Below, one piece after another: positions 23,040 through 35,526 of a stretch of DNA of 64,000 nucleotides; within the stretch, counting starts at the first letter, position 1; every line of letters starts with the position of its first letter. Source of the DNA: Octopus sinensis (taxonomy: Eukaryota); NCBI RefSeq assembly GCF_006345805.1, contig NC_043003.1, positions 90,830,001-90,894,000 on the forward strand, given 5' to 3'. Under the pieces are notes generated by a model. The model saw nothing but the letters and a program-made list of their open reading frames with translations. It made no database searches and was not told the origin of the DNA. The position numbers and the translations under genes are program-made.

Positions 23040-24598
23040 TCTGGCATTCAGCAGGGTGATCCGTTGGACTCCCTCCACTTTGCTCTTGGGTTGAACAGAA
23101 TTGCTTGGAGTATTATGTCAGGTGCCTGAACAATGTGATGGTGGGAAGACTCGTAGAGTGTCGGTTAATGTTTCCAATCACTGGTTCCTGTTCTGGCAAG
23201 AATTAGCCCCAAGATTATCATGTCAAAATCAGAGGTCAGGAACATCAACTACAACACAGAGGGCTTCATGGCTTCTGTTTCGGATATGTGATCATTACTT
23301 CACCTGGTGCAGTAATGACCTTGAAAGAGGACGTCTTTATCCTTTGTTTGCCCATCCTCCTGCTTCAGATCCAGGCTTCACCAGCTCGAAACTCTGATGA
23401 GTAGACTTAATGTGATCAACAACCACCAGCCAGCATTCTTCCCATTAAGGAAATGCTTCATCATGCTGAACATTCTGTATACCTTCCACTGTGCCCCTTG
23501 CTACAGCCACGCATCTCTCCTCACAGATCTCAATGCCTGTATTCAACAGGCCACTGAAGAGATATGCAATGTCCAGTTCAACGACTCTGGATGGGAACAG
23601 GCCACTTTACCTGTCAGATATGGCAGCCTTCAGTCTCTGGTCACACTGGCCCTGCTGGCATTTCTTTCATCACTCACCTCTTGCTATGTCCTCATCAACA
23701 GGGTTGAGATGACATGGAGCCATCTTGCCCTCCATCCTGTGGACATCCATCCCCTCTCCTTTCTGTGGACACTTGGACACCTCCCAAACAAAAGGGATGC
23801 CAACTTGACCAGTACCACGTAGCATGTTTCTGTTTGGCCTCCCAGCTCCGTAGCAGTGCCTGGCTCAACACAGTGCCATTCACTCTTAACTAGCACTCAG
23901 CTTGATAGCAGTTGTCTGCATATTGGTGTTTCCCATAAGGCTTGACCTCAAAATCTGTGAGCCACACAAATGCTGCTGTGGATTTTTCAGCCTCCAACTG
24001 TTGTCATGCCAATATGGTGCTGACTGCATTCTACACCATGCTGCTCTCAATGAGATCATAAGGTATGTCCTAAATGTTGCAGGCTTCATTATCAGCTCAT
24101 GCTAGCAAGACTAGACCGAGGGGACAATAAAAGGCCAGATAGCATGATTGTTTTCCTGTTCTGCAGTGATAGGCCCCTCATCTGGGATGCCAAAAGCAGT
24201 GACCCCTTCTCCAGTGGCAGCCTGGTGTGTTCAGCTGCTACCACATGTTTCATTGTTCATCACATCAAGAAGGGCAAACTCTCAAAGTATCGACCAATCT
24301 CCTACAGATTTGTAGTCAAGCTTGTGACAGTGGAGACTTCCAATATTCTTGACTCCCAGACCACACTCCTGCTCACCACTATCACAGGAGAGATAGCTAT
24401 CCACAAGTATGAGACCCATAAGTCAGAGTGGCTGTTCCGGCACATCTTCTTTCACCATTCTCTGGGGCAACACCTTTACCATTTTGCCTGCTGGGACCAT
24501 GGCGGCAGACTGACAAACCTTTTTAGATATTACTTGTTATTTATTGTTTTATTTAACCAATCATAATTTAATAAAATAGCTACAATAAAAAAAAAAAG
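23040..24598 (+). mobile_element. 5'-truncated CRE-like non-LTR retrotransposon with restriction-like endonuclease, poly(A) tail
   Basis: GWEQATLPVRYG..LALLAFLSS; knuckle CCCG...LLSC....HHAALNEII; RLE motif DRGDNKRPDSM..RPLIWDA; AATAAA and an A-tail at ~24585-24598. Confidence 0.8.
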
Positions 24599-24959
24599 AT
24601 TCTAAAAACATAGTTTCACATGGACAGGAATAATTATCTTGATGTTCCTAGAGTAATTTGTTTTCATTTAAGATTAATCATAAATGAAACTAAAACAATA
24701 AATAAACAAAGAAGCAAAAATAAGAGAACAAGTAATGTAATACTGAGACATTCCTTGGTAAATGGCCATGGTGTTTTTCAAGTCTGGAGTCATTACATCA
24801 AAACAAACTCATTAACAAATTGTGAAATGTCTGGCACAAATTCCTTAAATTTCTCAGGTCATACTGATTTTACTTGCAGTTGACCTATATTAGTTGAACA
24901 TGTCATTTTAGGAGACTGCATCACACTGGTAAAAACTTTAAAACATCAGCAATAACGTG

Positions 24960-25082
24960 CACTGACTGGTCAAGGAGTGTAAAACAATAGCAGTAATAGT
25001 CACTAACTAGTCAAAAATTATAAACCAATAACAGTTATGGTCACTGCTTAGTCAAGAGTTGTAAAACAACAGCAGTATTGGT
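24960..25082. repeat. Three 41-bp tandem units (degenerate fourth upstream)
   Basis: cactgactggtcaaggagtgtaaaacaatagcagtaatagt / cactaactagtcaaaaattataaaccaataacagttatggt / cactgcttagtcaagagttgtaaaacaacagcagtattggt. Confidence 0.85.
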
Positions 25083-25711
25083 TAAAAAAACTTGAATCCT
25101 GCATTTTTCTTTTTTAATATAACCAAAAATGCTATAAAGAAGGAGCTGTGAATACCAGCTATTCTTTCATGGGTAAATGCCATATGGTTAAAGATGGTAG
25201 AGGTCATTTTTGTTGTTGTTAGCCCCTGGTCAGCTCTGATCAAGCAGATGCATTATGAAACATTCCAGTTGAGGCTATTCCATATTAGTTATTTTGGATT
25301 ATCTTATTTAATGTGTCCTTCTATTTTTAAGATGGTAGGGTTTGATTCAAGAGAATGTGGCTGTTATTACTAACATATAGAAGTTCCTCTGTTGGTTCAG
25401 TCAAAGCTTGCTGACTGCTATCAATGCCAAGAGTGACGCTATAAATGCCGAGAGCTGGTGTACAGTGCTGATCCCAAAGTAAACCTACAGACAAAATAGT
25501 AAACAAGAAAGTGGAGGAGGAAGGGCTCAAAGTTTCCAATAATCTCAACCTGTGTGAGAAAGAACAATAATAACTATGGCAGTAACAGTGACAGTCTGGT
25601 ATGGGTCCCATCTTTATGTGGTACCAGGCAGAGAGCAGATAGAAACAGTAAAAATAAAATATCGGTCAATATCAATTTAATTCCCTTTTGTTACCATATT
25701 TCTGTTGAAAA

Positions 25712-25913
25712 AACTTTAACTCTTTTACTTGTTTCAGTCATTTGAGTGCAGCCATGCTGGAGCACCGCCTTTAGTCAAGCAAATCAACCCCAGGACTTAT
25801 TCTTTGTAAGCCTAGTACTTATTCTATCGGTCTCTTATACCGAACCGCTAAGTTACGGGGACGCAAAACATACCAGCATTGGTTGTCAAGCGATGTTGGG
25901 GGGGGGGGGACAA

Positions 25914-25944
<31 letters not shown>

Positions 25945-26115
25945 CACATATATATGACGAGCTTCTTTCAGTTTCCGTCTACCACAAATCCACTCACAAG
26001 GCTTTGGTTAGCCCAAGGCTATAGTAGAAGACACTTGCCCAAGGAGCAATGCAGTGGAACTGAACCTGGAACCATGTGGTTGGTAAGCAAGCTATTTACC
26101 ACACAGCCACTCCAG
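25712..26115 (-). mobile_element. Full-length SINE family A copy
   Basis: Reverse complement of the 28079-28460 copy. Confidence 0.9.
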
Positions 26116-26637
26116 CGCCTATATACTGCTTTTGTTTCAATTAATTTTGAAAATAATGAAGAATTTAATAAAATGACTTTGCACTTATTAAGTCAGTATT
26201 TGGAACATAAATTAACATGATACTTTGATGGAAGTTTTTAATTTAGATCTCTTTAAAACAGGAAGTTTGTATTAATACAGAGGCAGGAGAAGTCTCAGGT
26301 GAGTTGGTATCAAAATGATTAATTCCTATATACTATATACTTCTTATATACTCTATGTCCAAGTTGATAGGGTGGCTGGGTAAATAGTTGAGAAGGGGTT
26401 ATTTTATATTTTTATTTTACTTCCTGTATTTTGTAAACCCTAGTGTTTGGTGGCATTTTGTCTATCTTTATGTTCTGAGTTCAAATTCCACCAGAGTCAA
26501 CATTACCTTTCATCCTTTCAGGGTCAATAAATTAAGTACCAGTTTTGCACTGGGATCAATGTAATCAAATAGTCCCCTCCCCACAAAAATGTCATGTGTT
26601 GTGCCTTTACTAGAAAGGATTATTATTATTATTATTA

Positions 26638-26695
<58 letters not shown>

Positions 26696-28078
26696 ATCAT
26701 CGCCATCACTGTTCTGCCACTGCTTACAATTAGAAGGTTGTTTCTAATCCCTGATATCTACTTATATGATATTTAAAAGTTACTGAAGCTAAGGTATGAA
26801 CTGTTGACCTTTCAGACAATTGGTTGTTTATCCAGTTTGCTATTTATTCGTCCATTTTTCTCTCACCTTCCACTTCTACTTATGTATTCAATGACACTTG
26901 CAAACTTGTATGTCAGCTAAACAAGTTTTATCAAATTCTTTTCACTGAATCAATATTTGTCTCAGATATCAGTTAATTGCTGTTAAGCAGGTTTTTCGAC
27001 TCATAAAACTTTTTACTGTTACATACTGTTGTTACCTTGAAAAGATGTAGTAATAGTTATGTACCCTCATAAATCATGAACGTTTATAATAATAATAATA
27101 AAGTTATTGTATATAGTGCTCAGGTGCACCACATCTTATCTACATGCATGCACATATATTCATGTATGTATGCATGTGTGAGTGTGTTTGTATGTGTGCA
27201 TATATGCACAGATACATACTTGTACACACACATGTATGTGTATCTGTGTGTGTGTGTGTGTTTGTGTGTGTGTGTATGTGTGCAAGTATACACAAATGCA
27301 TGTGTGTGTGTGTAAGTACACACACACACACATTTGTGTTGCAGTAGACAGGCAAACTGACAGACATACAAACTTATATGACCTTAGACAGTACAATTTT
27401 AGTTCTTTTAAGAAAGTTCTTTAGTCATTGATATAGTACTCAACAACACAAGTAGCAGAAGCTATGCCTATAATTGAAGATTCCATAATCACTATGATAT
27501 TATGGTATTATAAAGCCCACCTCTCTTAATTGAATCATAAGGCACAGAGATGATATATAATGAGTCTTGAGCATTTTAAAGCCAAGTGGAGCCCAACCCT
27601 GTCCAAGTTTAAACACTGCCAGTTCCTTCCAGGGATAAACTGAGAGAGAAGGATAAATGGATGAGGGAAGGTGGCTGTGGTGGTTTCGTTATATTCAGAT
27701 ATATTTAAGCGCTTTTGTTTAACAACATGCTGTGCTTATATAGATTAATTTATGACGAGTTGTAAAATGCAGGACTATGCAAATTAGGTTATCCACCATG
27801 GTACTGTCCTCATTCATGACTGCTTTATAAGTAGCTGATCAATTGATTGAAGCTATGTCTTTCTCTGAGAAGTGGCTAACAACCATGATATCGTGTGTTA
27901 CAAGATGCTCTCCATCTTTAATCTCCACATCAGTAGAATAGAAAGGATGTAATTACATTCTTATTTACCTCACATTGAGGTTTATGATATATACATATAT
28001 GCATACATATGCACATATGTATATGTTTATGTATATATATATATATAAACATATATACATACAATATATATATACATA

Positions 28079-28460
28079 GGCGCAGGAGTGGCTGTGTGGT
28101 AAGTAGCTTGCTAACCAACCACATGGTTCCGAGTTCAGTCCCACTGCGTGGCATCTTGGGCAAGTGTCTTCTGCTATAGCCCCGGGCCGACCAATGCCTT
28201 GTGAGTGGATTTGGTAGACGGAAACTGAAAGAAGCCTGTCGTATATATGTATATATGTGTGTGTGTGTTTGTCCCCCTAGCATTGCTTGACAACCGATGC
28301 TGGTGTGTTTACGTCCCCGTCACTTAGCGGTTCGGCAAAAGAGACCGATAGAATAAGTACTGGGCTTACAAAGAATAAGTCCCAGAGTCGATTTGCTCGA
28401 CTAAAGGCGGTGCTCCAGCATGGCCGCAGTCAAATGACTGAAACAAGTAAAAGAGAGAGA
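28079..28460 (+). mobile_element. Full-length tRNA-derived SINE (family A), best-preserved copy
   Basis: Pol III A-box-like TGGCTGTGTGG and B-box-like GAGTTCAGTCC; central (TA/TG)n; (GA)n tail. Partial copies at 19260-19610, 42740-42900, 44520-44600, 50620-50830, 52330-52490, 54470-54620, 55570-55740 and 58300-58460. Confidence 0.9.
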
Positions 28461-28960
28461 TACAATACATACAATACATATATACATACAATTTTGATTG
28501 AATATTTTAATTTTAATTAAATTCCATTTCCCTTTGATATGATTACATATATACATACATGTATATGGATGTGTGTATATATAAATGTTTATATCTGCAT
28601 AAATGTGTACACTCTAACCTTTCCTCATCTGACACAAGATCATCTCCTGCAATGCTCCCTCCCCTCTCAAATATTCCTTGTTTTGTGAGTTACTTGGTAC
28701 CCTGCTAGTGCTGGTGCCATGTAAAAAAAAAGCACTTTACTCTATGGAGTGGTTGGTCTACTCTATGGGGGAGTTGGTGTCAGGAAGGGCATCCAGCTGT
28801 ACGAATCATGCCAAAACAGACACAGAAGCCTAATGTAGTTTTCTATCTGGCTGGCTCCTGTCGAACTATCCAGCCCATGTCTACATGGAAGGTGGACATT
28901 AAACGATGATGATGAGGATGATTCATGAATACATGTATACAAACATAAATACATTCATAC

Positions 28961-29170
<210 letters not shown>

Positions 29171-30039
29171 CATTACATACATATATGCACACAAACACAG
29201 TATATATATGACAATGAGTCATTCACAACCTACAATACATTTTTTATTTCTTTCCTTTTAGTGGGAAAATTTTTTATGGGTGACACACTAAACATGGTTT
29301 CCTTTTAGGGACTCATGTGTGTAACTCTGAACTCAAAATGTCAATTAAGTTGTCTTTGTTATGGCATTAACTATGGCTACTCCTGTCTGTTTTCACTCCA
29401 AAGAAGAGCAGCATTCCATAATTTGCTTTTTGTGAGATGAAGGTGCAGCGGAGCCAAAAACCATCAAAGATTTTTATCAGACTCTCTACAAGTGGATTGT
29501 GGATAATTAATGACTTTGTTTGAGTGTGTGTGTGCACATACATACACATCTTCATGTGTGTGTATTTATACACACACACACACACACATCATATATATAT
29601 ATATATATATATGCACATATGCATGTGAGTGTGTGTGAGTTTGTGTATGTGTGTGCATACGTAAACAAACATGCACACGTAAATCTGGTAGTTTATATAA
29701 ACCTGTCTGTTTGCTCTCTTATCAAGTGTCATTCACCTAGTTTATGATTTCAAACATAATACTTGCCTAACTCACTAACTCTAGAAAGTTATTTCATACT
29801 TTGTCCTTTGTCTTCTTTTGTGCACAACCCTCTCTATGTCCCACCCCTCTCTCTCTATATATATATATATGAGTATGTAGAATATGTGGAAGAGAGGAAT
29901 GAGTTTGCATTTTCGGTCTTTTTAGTCTTCTCTCTCTCTACCTTATTATATCAAATCTTCTGGAATTGATTTTCCATTTATGTATTTCTTATATTTTATT
30001 AATTAAATCTCAGAATGAGATTGAAACAGTAATCGCTCG

Positions 30040-30460
30040 ATAATGTAAAGTATAGAAGCCATCTTATCATGGCTAACCACATTGGGGAGGGGATATTACT
30101 GTAGCTTTATAGCCCCAAGAGATCTTCGTCTCTAGCTGGCTTTAGACACAATATCTGTGTCCTTGGAGTATTTGCAAAGGGAGGCCATCCCTTCCTCACA
30201 AGCCTGAGTGATCGCTTCTCTTTCATCGCTACCTGGTTGTTACCACCCGTTGACGAGGGACAAAAATCCCGAAACTAGTTCGAGCGTATCACTCAGGCTT
30301 GCGAGGAAGGGATGGCCTCCCTTTGCAAATACTCCAAGGACACAGATATTGTGTCTAAAGCCAGCTAGAGACGAAGATCTCTTGGGGCTATAAAGCTACA
30401 GTAACACCCCCTCCCCAATGTGGTTAGCCATGATAAGATGGCTTCTATACTTTACATTAT
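30040..30460. repeat. 173-bp near-perfect inverted repeat (30040-30212 / 30288-30460) with a 75-nt loop
   Basis: I count 3 mismatches and no indels between the arms. Confidence 0.95.
30244..30286 (+). ncRNA. Minimal type I hammerhead motif (slightly decayed) in the loop of the inverted repeat
   Basis: cacccg tTGACGA GGGA-caaaaa-TCCC GAAA CTAG T T cgagcg. Palindromic stem III ACTAGT; C3 mutated to T. Confidence 0.65.
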
Positions 30461-30679
30461 ATTTTATTATATTTGAATTATGTTTGTTGAACAAGAGGAT
30501 TGTTCTGATGGCAAGAACAGCAAGATGAGTATTTGCGCAACACAGAGTAAATAACCAAATAACACAAAGTATATTTTATTCAATGCTTTGTCATCAATTT
30601 TCATTGATATACGCACACATACACACTTATATAGAGATATATAAATATACATATATATTTGCAAGATGGTGGTTTCAAT

Positions 30680-31030
30680 TCCAAGACTGCCAAAGAATTG
30701 TCTTTCTTGAACAAAACATTTCGTTTCCCCGTTGCTTCAGTTCACTCAGCTGTAAATAGGTTACCCTGCTACAGACTGGCACTCCTTTCAGGTGGAATGC
30801 TGGATGACCTGCTAGCCAGCTGGATGGCCATCCTTTGAAAGCTACAAGACAAGAAAGTGCACTGTGACTGATGATGCATAACAACATCTGATTCTGGTTG
30901 ATCTGAACTGTTTGATGAAGGCTACCAGAATTTACTGTCACCTGTTGTCTTGTAAAAGTATAATAAATATGTACTCTACAAAATGAATGGTGCTCCAGCA
31001 TGACTTCAGCCACATGGCTGAAATGAATAA
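30680..31030 (-). mobile_element. SINE family D copy (cttgagcaagacactttatttcacgttgctccagttcactcagctgtagaaat core)
   Basis: Homologous to 52610-52945(+) and 58610-58720(+). Confidence 0.65.
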
Positions 31031-31039
31031 AAGAATGTA

Positions 31040-31073
<34 letters not shown>

Positions 31074-31710
31074 CCAGATTGGGGCCTGGTGTGGCTTCCT
31101 GGCTTGTCAGTCCCCAGTCAAACTGTCCAACCCATGCCAGCATGGAAAACGGACATTAAACGATGATGATGATAATGATGATGAAATGGTAAGAAGAAAA
31201 CAGAAAATTCATTAACACATCTCTAATGAACCATTAGAGATGTGTTAAAAAATTTTCTTTGTCCCCTTTTTATCATTTAGATTGTTTACTCTTCATTAAA
31301 CTCACTTTATGGTGTGATTGTCATGAAACTTGAATTTCCTAAACCTGAGGAATTCAATATTGGCCTGGAGCCCAACATTGTTAATAGCCCAATATTCGGG
31401 TTGAGTGCTTCTCTGGAAATACCCTAACTTTACACCCTACCAGGACCTTATATATCATCATCATCATCATCATCATCATCATTTAATGTCTGTTTTCCAC
31501 GTGGGCATGAGGTGGATAGTTTGAAGGAGCTGACCAGCCACAGAGCTGTTCAGGCTCCAATTGTCTATTTTGGCATGGTTTCTACAGCTGGATGTCCTTC
31601 CTAATGCTAACCTCTTTACACAGAGTGTTAGGTAGTTTTTATGTGCAACCAGCATGGGTGATTTTACATGGCATTGGCATAGGTGCTCTTACATGGCCAT
31701 AAAGGCACAC

Positions 31711-31750
<40 letters not shown>

Positions 31751-31753
<3 letters not shown>

Positions 31754-31985
31754 ATAGCCATGACCAGTGTCATGTAAATAGCAGGTAAAAAGTACCCATT
31801 ACGCTCTTAGAGTGGTTGGTCTTAGGAAAAGCATACAGCCATAGCACCATGCCAAATCAGACTGGAACCTGGTGCAGCCCTCTCGCTTACCAGTTCCAGT
31901 CAAACCATCTAACCCATGCCAGCATGGAAAGAAGACATTAATGATGATGATGATGATGATGATATATACATACATACGTATATAT

Positions 31986-32019
<34 letters not shown>

Positions 32020-32280
32020 CCATAGCCATGACCAGTGTCATGTAAATAGCAGGTAAAAAGTACCCATTACGCTCTTAGAGTGGTTGGTCTTAGGAAAAGC
32101 ATACAGCCATAGCACCATGCCAAATCAGACTGGAACCTGGTGCAGCCCTCTCGCTTACCAGTTCCAGTCAAACCATCTAACCCATGCCAGCATGGAAAGA
32201 AGACATTAATGATGATGATGATGATGATGATATATACATACATACGTATATATTATGTGTATATATATATATATATATAT
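31751..32280 (+). repeat. Exact 268-bp tandem duplication of a SINE B copy plus microsatellite
   Basis: 31751-32018 is repeated from 32019; no differences seen outside the (AT)n length. Confidence 0.9.
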
Positions 32281-32289
32281 AATTTAGAG

Positions 32290-32539
32290 AAAAAACCTCT
32301 ATTAAACAAGTGAATAATGAAAGATGTTATTCACACCATATAGAAAACATATACTATAAAAACCTTATTTTAAAAATCAATAAAGTACAAAAACAATAAA
32401 TAGTAAATAGTAGTAAAAAGACTATGTGTGTTTCGTGGCTATGTTTTCAAATAGATAATAATAATAAAATCAATTCAATTTAAGATTAAATCGTCTAAAA
32501 TTAATTCTATTTAAAAATATAGTCACTCATCAGGTCTAA

Positions 32540-32576
<37 letters not shown>

Positions 32577-34262
32577 TAATAATAATAATAATAATGATAA
32601 TAATAATAATAAAATAATAATAATAGAATAAATGGACTTATCTTAACCTATACTAATTACCAAATAAATATAGAAAAATACGTGTATTAATTATAAATAA
32701 TCGAAAAACATTTAACAATATTTCTTAAAATAAAAACATAAGTTATCTTATCGAACGATTTCTGTTGACTAAAAATTTAAATGTAAAACGTAGAACTTAA
32801 CTTTTATAAGAAATATATCGCATGAAAATATGGCGTAAATAGAATTTATTGAATAAATAGATAGAAATATGTATTTAAGCTATTAAAATTACAAATGTAT
32901 TTTAGCTGTGAGAATAAGAAAAAAATTAACTTTTATATACCATTTACTGGAAAAATTGTAAAGTCTAAATCATTTAAAAGCTAAAGTACATAATATAATA
33001 AACATATATTAAGCTAAATTTCTATAATTTAATCTATTTTCATTAATTTATTTATTTATTTTATAAGTTTCATCTTATTCTAATTATGTAATATACACTA
33101 TATAATTTTGTGCTAATTCATACACATTTTACTATGACAAATTATAACTACAACAATTAGTAACATAAAACAGGGTTTATATATACATACACAAATTAGC
33201 TAAACTTATTAAATAAGTAATTTAACTTATGTCGACATTTAATTTTTCGTCGTCTAGGGAATTGATCAATTTTTTATTATTAGTTAATAATATCTCCTTA
33301 AATTCGTTAGTACATAATAAACAAAAATTACTACCTATTCGATATGATTTTACCTTACAAACTATCTCCCAATTTAAATAGTACTTAATATTTTTAGATT
33401 TTAGTTCCCATATATATTTACTAAGGCCAGTAGAATTAATTAAATTTCTATTCTTAAAAGAATTCATGTGCTGAACCACCCATAATTTAATTTTATTAGA
33501 AGTCGACCCTATGTAAATTGCATTTAAATTATAACCATTTTTATTATTATCATCACTCAAAGTCACTACACATTTATATACTACCTCATCAAAATTACAT
33601 TTATTATTAAATTTAAATTTAGTTTTATCTCTACATGTACAATTAATTATATTCTGGTCTTTATTATTATTATTGGAATAATTATTTGATTTGTCTTTGT
33701 AAAACTTATTCAGCTTAAATTTATTAAAAGAAGAAATAATGTTACCAACATTATTAGAAGTAGAATAACCAACTCCATAATTATTACTTGAAAAAATGTT
33801 ATATTTTTTATCTCTAATGAATACTTCAATTATATTTAAAATCACTTTAATAATGTTTGTTTTAACTTGAGCTCCATAAGGAATAATTAACCAAATTTTG
33901 TTCTTATTATTAATATTATTATATTTATTTTTTATATTATTAAATTTATTATTATCATTAAATGAATTAAATTTAATCTTATTTTTTTAGTCTATTATTA
34001 TATTTATGTTTTGTATTATCATAATACATGTTATTAATACCATAATTACCTAAATAAAATGAATCATAATTGGTAATATTATAATAATAAAAAATATAGG
34101 AATCATTTATATCATAATCTTTTATATTATAATTATATTTAGAATTATTAAAGAATTTAATATTATTATTATTATATCCTGCCTCACTCAGGGCTTCATT
34201 ATAATAAGGTGCGTATTTTTGTGCACACATACAACATGTTTGCACAAAACAATACATGCATG
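32290..34262 (-). mobile_element. Extremely AT-rich Penelope-like element: GIY-YIG endonuclease region plus 3' pseudo-LTR
   Basis: ORF 33979-34257 (APYYNEALSEAGY) and frameshifted ORF 33222-33845 (NCTCRDK..C..VVYKC..YIGSTS..HMNSFKN..STGLSKYIWELK..LNWEI..CLLCTNE). Confidence 0.85.
32419..32537 (-). ncRNA. Type I hammerhead motif in the PLE pseudo-LTR, decayed stem III
   Basis: Minus strand: AGAC CTGATGA GTGACTA-[78 nt AT-rich]-TAGCCAC GAAA CACACA TA GTCT. Confidence 0.7.
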
Positions 34263-34287
34263 TAATATATCATTAGAAAAACAGGCA

Positions 34288-34328
<41 letters not shown>

Positions 34329-34441
34329 TAATATTAATACTCATGAGATATATTAATGTCAGTGGCCACAAGCTAAAACCGTATAGGCAAAATTAATAGA
34401 TATATATAAAAGTATTATATATAACACGAAAACGTTTTTAA

Positions 34442-34923
34442 AAACACCAGTTTTGCTGAAACAGGAGTAAACACTCAGAAGCCACAAAAGTTAACACTAT
34501 ATTTTCGCAGGCATGGATGGAAAAAAATTAAGTAAAATAAGTTTGCAGCCATTAACATTAATATTTCTCATGAGTAATAATGTTCTTTATTTATTTTTAT
34601 AAAAAAATTTGTATTCACTTGATTTGTTTTTCTCAGTGCAACTTGGGCACTGAAATGAATCCAGGCATTGGTTGAAGTGATATATGAGTTTGTTACTAGT
34701 GGACTTGACTGAAGAGAATCAAGCATGGTTTTTTTTTTGTTTTTGCTGCTAAATTTGAAATCATGATATCAAGTTAACTGGCATTCCTTCTTGCAATTTT
34801 GAAGAGGTAAGACGCAATCCTTATTTTACTTAATTTTTTTTTTTGCAACCATGCCTGTGAAAATATAGTGTTAACTTTTGTGGCTTCCAAGTGTTTACTC
34901 CTATTTTAGCAAAGCTGGTGTTT
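34442..34923. mobile_element. MITE-like element with ~100-bp imperfect TIRs
   Basis: 34442-34541 is an inverted copy of 34820-34923; TSD not confirmed. Confidence 0.75.
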
Positions 34924-35012
34924 ATATGTGTATATATATGTAAATGTTGAACAATGAGAATGAGCACTCAACACCACATTGGTGGATAGAATTTTTTTAT
35001 TCATATATTAAA

Positions 35013-35209
35013 GCTACCATTGGTTTCATGTTAAGAAAATTATCTTAATATCTTAACAATTTTCCAAATCGCTCACATAGAGGAATAATGTTCATCTCTG
35101 TTTTGGAGATGAACACCAAAATAGAAATTAACACCATTCCTCCATATGATCAGCTTGAAAAATTGTTAGGATATTAAAATAATTTTCTTAACATGAAACA
35201 AATAGTAGC
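35013..35209. mobile_element. ~200-bp fold-back element (74-bp imperfect arms, inner hairpin gttcatctc/gagatgaac)
   Basis: Direct reading of the inverted arms. Confidence 0.7.
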
Positions 35210-35526
35210 CTTGCTCCAGCTTGGCTGCAGTCAAATGACTGAAACAAGTAAAAGAAATGAATAAAAGAACATATATATGTATGGAAAGGGTTTGAAGGGA
35301 GATAGAAAAAAGAAAGCAGCAAGAATGAAGCTACAGTTCCATGAGGGTAAAAACAGTTCATTCATGAGGTGTTATTGTGATGTATTTTGCTACATGGTAT
35401 GTTATATTGTTGTCTCTGACCCAGTGGTTATTGCAGTGCGGTTGCTGGTGTTAGTAGAGGGTTCCAGTATTGTAGCAAATGTTGCTCAAGCACTTTACAT
35501 TAGCTACATATTTTAGTTATTTCATA

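Noticed and set aside
21940-23094. Long poly-E/R/K/S/F/L ORFs on both strands
   Set aside because: They are translations of the (TTC)n tract; only the DDE portion is real and it is transposon-derived.
23385-23410. GAAA followed by CTGATGA
   Set aside because: Spacing is too short for a type II hammerhead and there are no stems.
22536-24598. CRE-like element as a (TTC)n-targeting retrotransposon
   Set aside because: (TTC)n is only on the 5' side; the 3' flank after the poly(A) tail has no TTC repeat.
24960-25082. CRISPR-like array
   Set aside because: Units are contiguous with no unique spacers, there are no cas genes, and the context is eukaryotic.
30320-30365. GACAC-agatatt-GTGTC-TAAA hairpin inside the 173-bp arms as a second hammerhead
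   Set aside because: Neither core motif is present.
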